Positions 56,231 through 64,000 of a stretch of 64,000 nt of DNA are shown here, in pieces. Source of the stretch: Corallochytrium limacisporum Hawaii. Lineage: Eukaryota > Protista > Pluriformea. The stretch spans positions 62,001 to 126,000 of the forward strand of contig PDIP01000056.1 of the NCBI GenBank assembly GCA_002811645.1, given 5' to 3'. The translations under genes were made by a program, and so were the position numbers. The notes under the pieces were generated by a model. The model was given only the letters and a program-made list of their open reading frames with translations, was not told where the DNA came from and ran no database searches. Position 1 is the stretch's first letter. Each line of letters starts with the position of its first letter.

Positions 56231-57853
56231 TTAACCTCAGCAACCTGTCACAGAAATGTCAGCACCAGATCTCTTCGTGAGCTCCATGGTGGTGAACCAT
56301 TCTGCATTAGTGGGGTGGATACCGACCAGGTCATCAAGGTGTTCCTTTGTGCCGCCCAGGATGAGTGTCATACCGAAACCTTGGATAACCTCTCCGGCGT
56401 TGGGTCCGAGGAAATGCATACCTACGATGCGCTCATTTTCGGGCAGAAGGGTTATCACTTTCATGTAGCATTGGTTATCAGGTTTCTTCGGGACTGTATA
56501 CTCCAAAGGCTTAAAGTATGTGTGATAAACCTCAATGTTGTCCTCACCGTACTTGGCGATGGCATCCTCTTCGGCTAAACCAACACATCCATATTCAATC
56601 GGTGTGAAGACAGTAGTGGGTACATGACCGTAGTTCATACGTTTTTTGCTCTTGCCAAACAGACGTTGAACCAGAAGGCGACCAGCTTTGATAGCCACCG
56701 GGGTCAACTCGAGCTGGCCCACAATAACATCTCCAATTGCGTAGATGTTGTCCACATTGGTACGCTCTTCGGAGTCGACGGCAATCTTTCCGGACTTGGC
56801 AGTGTACTCTACACCAGCCTTCTCTAGGCCAAGTTTGTCGGTGTCTGCCTTACGACCGATGGCGAACAGCACAGTGTTGCACTTAATGCTGTCCGCCATA
56901 GCGTCAGCACCAGCGTTTGTCTCCTTGTAGAAGACTTCCAGGTCTTTCTCACCATGGGACTGAACCTCTGTCGGCACATATCCACGCAGGAACTTTACAC
57001 CATGTTCAATCATATAAGCGGTGATCTGTTCAGCAATTTGCTGATCAAACCCACGAAGAGGAATACTGCGCATAATGACCGTCACATCGAGACCGAGACC
57101 GGCCAGGAAACCCGCACATTCGAGAGCAACGTACGAGGCACCTACGACAACAGTTTTACCGGGAGATTCCACCAGAGAGAATAGGTCATCGGATGAAATA
57201 CCGTACTCTGTGGCTCCAGGAATGTCAGGATACGTGGGGCGACCACCGACAGCGATCAAAATCTTGTCAGCTGTGATGGTTTGCTCTTTCCTGCGGAACT
57301 TTGCATGTACGGTATGTGCGTCGATGAAACTTCCGTAGGCGTTCATGTACTCAATCTTGCGGGTCCGTAAAGCAACGCGATAGCCCCAGTTCAGGCTCAT
57401 AATGTGGTCTTGAACATTCTGTACCATATCTTCCCAAGAGTGGCTTATTTTCTCCTGATCCGCAAACTTCCAGCCGAACCTTGGGGCATCCTCCTTGGCC
57501 AGCTCTCCCAGCAGAGATGCTTGGTGCATGAGCTTTTTAGGGATGCAGCCGACGTTTACACAAGTACCACCAAGGCCCCAAGACGTTCCCTGTGGAGTGG
57601 GGGTCACGAAGTCTAACAGAGCAACCTTGGCACCCAAGTCCGCAGCCTTCTTACCCGCTGCTAAACCACCGGAACCACCTCCAATCACAATAAGGTCATA
57701 GTCGTAGCCGTGAGGCAGCCTCTCTACCGTACCATTGGTGGCTTCCCCATTGGCGACACTTCCATTTGCGGCACCGTTGCCGAAAGAGATTGGAACAGCT
57801 GCCATTCCGTGACTGTTCTGTACACTTCGTCGCTTTTGTGGACTCTCCTCCAT
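56231..57853 (-). CDS. TXNRD: High-Mr selenoprotein thioredoxin reductase, C-terminus Gly-Cys-Sec-Gly
   Basis: GGGSGG FAD motif, [19 protein letters not shown]. Ends GGT TGC TGA GGT TAA; the ORF track stops prematurely at the UGA (56237-56239). First ATG at 57853. Confidence 0.97.
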
Positions 57854-59524
57854 GCCAGAATTAGCGCCCTTCACCGACCAATCCGGGATGTCTATCTATT
57901 CGTTACATGTGTCAAATACCTAGGAAGGCATGTCATTGTACTGTTATAACAAGTTGTGTTTACATTGGCCCGCACACACGCACACACACACATACACATC
58001 TCGGCCACAGTGAGCTGGTGGCAGTTCCAATGTTGGCACTGAACATATTACAAAAATGTTACCCTCAGAGGTCCTACTGTACATTGGGACGATGGCCTGT
58101 CCGCATGCAGTCTTTATCATCCCTCGCCCGAGATAACACGGGGACATGGCGTCAAATACATCAGAAACCGAAGATGGTATGATCAACTCTTCCTTTCCTG
58201 TCATTCGCACTCTAAATACTGGCAGTTTGATTTTTTTTCTCTTGTTCCCGAGTGTTCGGCCTTTTTTCCCCTCTCGGGGGGGTGTGTCCCTGCATCAACA
58301 ACCGTCACGCTCTCTGATGGGCCCAGCTCATATCGATGCACATAATGAGCGACCAATCTTGTGCTTGGCTGGCCCGCTCGATTGGGTTGTGGACAGGCGA
58401 TGGGGAGGACGGGTATAGTAACAAAGTTGTGGGGCCCCTGGTAATGGCGCGAAGAGATGCTGTTAGAGGCTTGGGGACGGTTCATTTGCTTGGTTGATCT
58501 GCCGCCGATCGGTGTGTGGTACATTTACATCCTCTCTTCGCACTCGACGTAAGAGGCACCGAGACAGGAACGTCCAAGGGGATGGATCTGCGATATGGGT
58601 TGGGGGCTTAAGCAGCCGGAAATAGCACACGAGGCCGAAGTAAATTGCTGGCCGTAGACGACGCGCAGCAGGCAAACCCCTGTACTGAGGTGAGGCGTCG
58701 GGAGTAAGTAAAGCAGTGTTCCTGTTCATACCCAATATATAGGTCACAAATGCAACTGTAATCGCTCTATTAACCAGGAACTCTTCTGAGCGGAGATTAA
58801 AGCAACGATGGAAGGACAGTAGCAAATTTTTATCAAGGGGTGATGATACTACTGGTTTCGAATCACAGTGCAGGTTACCCCACTAGACTGCCGTTCAATC
58901 GACATGCTCGCTGGGGTTCATTTTCGCAAATCTCCGTATAAATTAACAGAGTCGGTGCAGTGGCCACAGGAGCCAGGCGAATTGCTGATTCGGGCAAGGA
59001 TGCATGATTTGCGCAGTCGTTCAAAGAAGTCTTCTGCATCACTGAGTCCTTTCCATACTTCGCCGATACTAAGCCCAATAATTGGGCGAGTGATATGGTA
59101 CCTCCCAGTCTCGCCCTCGACTACCGCACCGAGAGCCATAGCCTTATGGCCCCCTTTTCTTTCACACACAGAAGCCCTCGAACACTGCGCGCTCTTGGCT
59201 GTTTCTATTAAGACCGAGGCCTTAGAGTTGGTGAGGCGGGAGGTCGACCCGTTGGTGAGAAAGGGAAATCCCCCTCCTCGGCACAGGGGCCCCCCCCCTT
59301 CGTCTTCGAGGTCGGGGAGGGGCGCCGAACGAGAACGAATTTGGCCTCAGATAGGAACAAAGCACGAGAATAGTACACTTTGGAGCTATAGCGTCCAGCC
59401 CGGGAAGGCGATATGAGCGATGACCCTAGTGGGTTTCCTACCTAGGAGTATGGACAAAATGAAGCAAATTGACAGGCGCGGTCATAACGCGAGTACTGCT
59501 ATGTGCTATTCCTAGGTGATGCTG

Positions 59525-59587
59525 GTATGTGAAGCTTGATTCTAAAGCAACGCAGCCAGTCCGCCTAATAAAAAAATCTAAATACAG
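59525..59587 (+). other. Candidate 63-nt 5'-UTR intron of the claudin-like gene
   Basis: G|GTATGT ... GCCTAAT ... ATACAG|. Confidence 0.7.
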
Positions 59588-59670
59588 ACACGAGCTGAGA
59601 CAATTCTTATGAGACTGGCAGGGGCAAGAAAAGAGGGAAGCGAGAATCAAACCTAGAACCAATCTGAACT

Positions 59671-60318
59671 ATGTCGTTTACGGAAGAATCATCTGTGCGC
59701 CATATTTGGACGGCGACTATTTTCATGTGCCTGGCTGCTGTTGCTTTCAGTGTGGCGATGGGCACTTCTGAATGGACATACCAAGTTTACAACGGGAGTT
59801 TCCTGAACTACGGAATTATGGAACATCGGTACTTCGGACTCTTCGATCTGTGCATCGACTTTGCCACAGAAGATATATCTATCCTCAAATGCGCACGGGC
59901 TATGGAGCCCTCTGGCTGCACCTACAAGTTCGAGGATGTCGTCATTGCCGGCATTCCAATTTCCCAAACTGTGACTCCCAAGAGTTGTGGAATGCTGCGA
60001 CTGGTTCGTGGTTTCGTTTTGGGTGGTTTATTGATGGGTGGTTTCTCCGCAGCAACAACCATTGCCCTGGCTTTTGCGCGCAACACCTGGGGCACTGCAG
60101 TGTACTACTTCAGCGTCGTGTCCACTGCATTGACTGCCACATGTGGTGTCCTGGCCATGCTCTTCTATGTCTGGTTCAGCAGTGACAATGGTTGGGGTGA
60201 CGACTACGGATACAGCTTCGCTTTGTGTTGCCTTGGATGGATTCAGGCCAGTCTTTCGACCATCAGCCTCATGCTTGCAGGAAAGCCTCAACGGTCAGAG
60301 TACATCGTCCTTGCCTAG
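59671..60318 (+). CDS. PMP22/claudin-superfamily 4-TM protein
   Basis: Four hydrophobic segments; first loop has W...GLFDLC...C; YGYSFAL..LGW before TM4. Confidence 0.85.
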   Translation: MSFTEESSVRHIWTATIFMCLAAVAFSVAMGTSEWTYQVYNGSFLNYGIMEHRYFGLFDLCIDFATEDISILKCARAMEPSGCTYKFEDVVIAGIPISQTVTPKSCGMLRLVRGFVLGGLLMGGFSAATTIALAFARNTWGTAVYYFSVVSTALTATCGVLAMLFYVWFSSDNGWGDDYGYSFALCCLGWIQASLSTISLMLAGKPQRSEYIVLA

Positions 60319-61064
60319 AGATCGCAAGTATGTTAACAAGATAAATGAAACATGATCGATAGTCTTAGATATCCAACATCTTTGACGCCCAATAGAAACT
60401 AGTCTACATAAAAATTACAAGCTAACCATATGAGTCTTTGAAGGACATTCCCGTGTCACAAATCGCCTGCGGAGAATGCTCCAATGTGAGACCAGCTGGC
60501 GGGCGTAAAATAGAAATGTCAGTATGTCAATTATATACATAAAACGATAAATTTTGTATATTTATAAGTATCAGTATATCATATATCCCACCTATTCCAA
60601 ACCCCGCTTTCGTCTGGCGCTATGGCAAGTGCCCGGGAGACCCGCACTCTTACGCCCTTTCCTGTTTCCGATCCACTCTCTTCCCCCTTCTCCCTTCTCT
60701 CCCCACCTCGGCGACCCGTACAGTTCGAAAGTGTGCCCGCGAGCGGGTGGGTACCAGTTTCAGAGAAAGCTGAAATTCCCCAACCATTGCGCACACGTGA
60801 GGAAGTGCAAGGGCTTCAGGTGCAGCGTGCAGGCGGGCGAGTGGCGATTGTCGCACTCAGCATTTTGATTCCATTCTGTCTATTGTCTGATACAGCTATT
60901 CAGGACTAATTCAGGAGACACTTGTAGGATATTTCATACTCTAAACGGTCAGAAACAAAGAAATACACTTTAAACAAGGCCAATTAGACTGAATCATGCG
61001 GCTAGTCAACTAGATCGACGGGGCATGGTTTCTAGTCAAACTCGCGAGGTTATACACAACAGAC

Positions 61065-64000
61065 ATGGTCGCCAGGGCACCAGACTCTTTGCAGGTCAAG
61101 GAGCTCAATGACCGACCGGGAGAGAAGCGTTTCCGGTTCAAATCGTTCTCTGAGCGTGTCGCCAGCATTCATGTAACTGCAGCACAAATTGAACGGCCTC
61201 GGGATAACCTTGGAGATGACGATACCTACTTTCTGGAAAACTTGGAGAAATGGCGGGACTTGAACCTCACCCGCAATTTTGCGGAATTTGGAAACAAGGT
61301 CATGCCTTTGGTACAGTCACTTCCACAGCTTCTTTACCACAAGGACAAGGTGGCCACTCTTTTGAGTGAGCACCTCCGCCTGGACCCTGGATTGGCTGTG
61401 AAAGAATTGGGCGACCTCTGCGTACAATTTGTTCGGGATTTGCGGGACGAAGCCTACGAGAATTTCGCGGACCTGCTGGAAGGGTTAATGACAGCTTTGA
61501 ATCCGAAGGATCCGGAGGCTATGAACAATGTGTTCCATAGTATAGCTTATATTTTCAAGTACCTCATTCACCAGCTCGTGGAGCATTTTGACGAAGTCCT
61601 GGAACAATTCCAGGGTATGCTACATCATGACAGTCCCTACGTTCGTCGGTTTGGGGCGGAATCGTTTGCCGTGCTTCTCAGGAGGTCAACCACGAAGCAA
61701 TGGATCAGGACGCTGGACGTATTGATTCAGTTTGCAGATGGAAAGACGGAGGGGGAACGCGAAGAATGGCATGAGGTCAGTGCCTCAATCGTTTTTGAGG
61801 TCATGAAGGGCGTCAAGGGCGGATTCCATTCCAAGGCTCAGGCTAGATTCCAGGGATTTTGTGGGGCAGAGCAGAGAAATAACTATGCTGCGGTGCGCAA
61901 ACTGCTGCTGATCAAGCTGCTAGACTATACGGAGAGCACAAAGGAGTGCCCGGACCTGCTATCTGAGTTCTTCAAAGCCGAGGATTCATCATTGACCGCT
62001 GATGACTGCCTTGTCTACTGGGAAAAAGCCTCACGCTCCTGGGCTGCTGTGGATCACGCAGTCGCCGCCGTGACAAAGAACCTTCTGCAAAAGAACGCCA
62101 GCACCAATCAGGATCTTGCTGTCGCCTTGCTGTCGCGTGCTGGCAGCCATTTGAGTAGTTTGAAGGCCGAGGGCTTATCTGTACTACTGCCGTCCCTCAA
62201 CGCGCAAGGGTGCGCATCCCTGTTGGATGTTGCCATTACCAGTATTGGTGACCAGAGTGACGTGATGACTGACTATTTTACTCAATGCATGACACACTAC
62301 GCATCATCTGAAGAAAAAAAGGTTCAGGTAAGCATGGCCATGTGCCTATCACGGATTTCTAGCACATTGGATACCAGTGCGATCCCGATGAATCTAAAGG
62401 AGACTCTGATTCAATATCTTCGCACGGGAGATGGGGAAGAATTCAATTGGCACCGGCTCATGATGCTATATGCCACCATGAAGACGTGTGGTCGGGATGA
62501 CAAGAGAGTCCAGAAAATAGTGTCTCGCCAACTCAAGGCTGTGGACTTCAGTGACGTTGACAAGCGCCTGGCCAATGGGGATACGCCAGATCTGGACTAT
62601 ATCGCCCTTCTCATCGAAGTTAGCACGGACAGTAAGCTTGTGGAAAGCACACTGACGAAGGTCTTTGTGCACTTGATCGCGACACAGTATGCCCACGCAG
62701 GCATTGCGTACGCAGTGGCCAAACACCACAGTAAGAACACTCCTGCTGATGTGACATTAAGCTTGGGAGTGGCCAAGGTCATGCTCCTTTCTCCTCTGTG
62801 GCATGCCAAAATGGCCGGCATTGGCCTATTGCGGATCCTGCCCAAGGACACTCTCATTGCCCGCTATGCGGAAAGTTCGGCAGTGCACGAAATGCTAGAA
62901 GAAATGACAGGCGTTCTTGAACTGCCCATTGATCTGACGACCTACCGGGAGCGTTTGATTCACCTGGAACGCCTCGAAAAGCTGTGCATCAGCAGTGCCA
63001 GCAATCATGCAGCCAAGCAAGCCATCATGGCTTTCATGACTGGCCTACTATTTAACAACTTTGCTTTCGTGAGCAAGGCAGCCGTCAAGCACCTCGGATT
63101 GATCGCCAAGGGAGACTCAGAGATCTTTTGGGAGACAATTGCACCTTTCTTAGAGACTGTGGCTGACTTGTCGCTGCAGAAACCGAAGGCTGAGGTCTCG
63201 TCCATCGACGAGTCCTACGAAGACGATGATGAGATGAGTGATCACGCTCTTGTGACACCGACTAAGGGGACTGAGAGTGGAGAAGACACAACTATAGGAG
63301 ACCTAGGCCGAAGCCTAATCCTGCCTCAGAACCACAAGGAGGATCTAGACAATTCCTCCTATGGCGAACGACGCGTGGACTACGTGTTAGCATTCTGCAA
63401 CTGCTGGTCAGTGTTCGCCGAATGCCCCGAATCAAGCGAGAAACACAGTCGCCTAATCGTTCCGTCGTTCATGTTGTTCATTGAGAAGGAATACCAAGCC
63501 CTCTTCCGCGACCTCACAGACCATGAAGATCTGACAGATAGCTTTAACTACAAGAGCTCTGGCATGAGTCGCGAAATTGCCAATCGCAAGCTGCGCACAA
63601 TCTTGAAGACATTGACATCGTTCCACAACGCTGCAGTGCTGTACTGTCATGATGAGATTAAGGCTTTTGTTATCGAACTGCTGACCCGTGGTATCCCTGA
63701 CATCCAGCTGCTGGCTTTAGACGTGCTTATCAAATCCTTCAGACGCAAGGCCCTGCGCCCGCACCATGACCTCTTCAAGTCCTTGTTGGGCAAGGACTTC
63801 AAGGATGTGCTGCTGGTCAACGATCTTCGCTCCGATTCTGGCCTGATTCGCAAGGATCATCGCGAAGAATTTATGGATGTCTACATGCGCTTGATCCTGA
63901 GCATCCTCAGCGCACGTAAAGGCAAGACCCGTGGGGGGCATGGCATGCAGAAGCGCCGTGCTATGGTTATCTCCCGCTTGGCGAACCTCGAGGAGGCTGA
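61065..64000 (+). CDS. UTP20: SSU processome component UTP20, 3' end outside the window
   Basis: Absent from the track, consistent with no stop before the window end. Reads KRFRFKSFSERV...TYFLENLEKWRDLNLTRNF...QSLPQLLYHKDK; DRIM-like end IQLLALDVL...HREEFMDVYMRLI...RRAMVI. Both ends are in the same frame. Confidence 0.93.
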   Translation, partial: MVARAPDSLQVKELNDRPGEKRFRFKSFSERVASIHVTAAQIERPRDNLGDDDTYFLENLEKWRDLNLTRNFAEFGNKVMPLVQSLPQLLYHKDKVATLLSEHLRLDPGLAVKELGDLCVQFVRDLRDEAYENFADLLEGLMTALNPKDPEAMNNVFHSIAYIFKYLIHQLVEHFDEVLEQFQGMLHHDSPYVRRFGAESFAVLLRRSTTKQWIRTLDVLIQFADGKTEGEREEWHEVSASIVFEVMKGVKGGFHSKAQARFQGFCGAEQRNNYAAVRKLLLIKLLDYTESTKECPDLLSEFFKAEDSSLTADDCLVYWEKASRSWAAVDHAVAAVTKNLLQKNASTNQDLAVALLSRAGSHLSSLKAEGLSVLLPSLNAQGCASLLDVAITSIGDQSDVMTDYFTQCMTHYASSEEKKVQVSMAMCLSRISSTLDTSAIPMNLKETLIQYLRTGDGEEFNWHRLMMLYATMKTCGRDDKRVQKIVSRQLKAVDFSDVDKRLANGDTPDLDYIALLIEVSTDSKLVESTLTKVFVHLIATQYAHAGIAYAVAKHHSKNTPADVTLSLGVAKVMLLSPLWHAKMAGIGLLRILPKDTLIARYAESSAVHEMLEEMTGVLELPIDLTTYRERLIHLERLEKLCISSASNHAAKQAIMAFMTGLLFNNFAFVSKAAVKHLGLIAKGDSEIFWETIAPFLETVADLSLQKPKAEVSSIDESYEDDDEMSDHALVTPTKGTESGEDTTIGDLGRSLILPQNHKEDLDNSSYGERRVDYVLAFCNCWSVFAECPESSEKHSRLIVPSFMLFIEKEYQALFRDLTDHEDLTDSFNYKSSGMSREIANRKLRTILKTLTSFHNAAVLYCHDEIKAFVIELLTRGIPDIQLLALDVLIKSFRRKALRPHHDLFKSLLGKDFKDVLLVNDLRSDSGLIRKDHREEFMDVYMRLILSILSARKGKTRGGHGMQKRRAMVISRLANLEEA

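Noticed and set aside
58868-59416. 182-aa GTG-start ORF (also 10520-11005)
   Set aside because: Non-ATG start, no domain, and it runs through promoter-like or intergenic sequence
1-64000. tRNA, rRNA, snRNA, CRISPR array, transposase or reverse transcriptase
   Set aside because: None recognised by eye; a covariance-model scan was not possible, so small RNAs may be missed

Overview
Eukaryotic, gene-dense genomic DNA with three assembly gaps and about 20 protein-coding genes whose CDSs are essentially intron-free. In order they are: a C2H2 + C-clamp (ZNF395/ZNF704/SLC2A4RG-type) transcription factor, a ~13 kb stretch with no convincing gene, THADA/Trm732, an N-terminally extended MOB1-like protein, RPL23, a multi-LIM protein, a low-complexity orphan, an S28 peptidase, PDCD2, a hidden Duo1/Dad2-like (DASH) ORF, a pseudo alpha/beta hydrolase, delta-tubulin, AP-2 sigma, KDM4, SERINC, MCM7, POP7/RPP20, a BAR-domain protein, PHF10, a selenoprotein thioredoxin reductase, a claudin-superfamily protein, and UTP20 (runs off the end). 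Animal-type genes (large Sec-TrxR, PHF10, KDM4 with PHD+Tudor, C-clamp) in an intron-poor compact genome suggest a unicellular holozoan, possibly Corallochytrium-like; this is inference only. The strongest observations are: (1) TrxR ends GC-UGA-G-stop with a SECIS and a 13-bp hairpin starting 6 nt after the UGA; (2) a 59-codon DASH-like ORF missed by the ORF track, whose frame can be continued by two identical-length 17-nt GT..CTAAG segments, i.e. candidate ultra-short introns; (3) a MOB protein with a natural myristoylation/palmitoylation N-terminus; (4) apparent introns concentrated in 5' UTRs. All family assignments come from motif recognition by eye, not from database searches.
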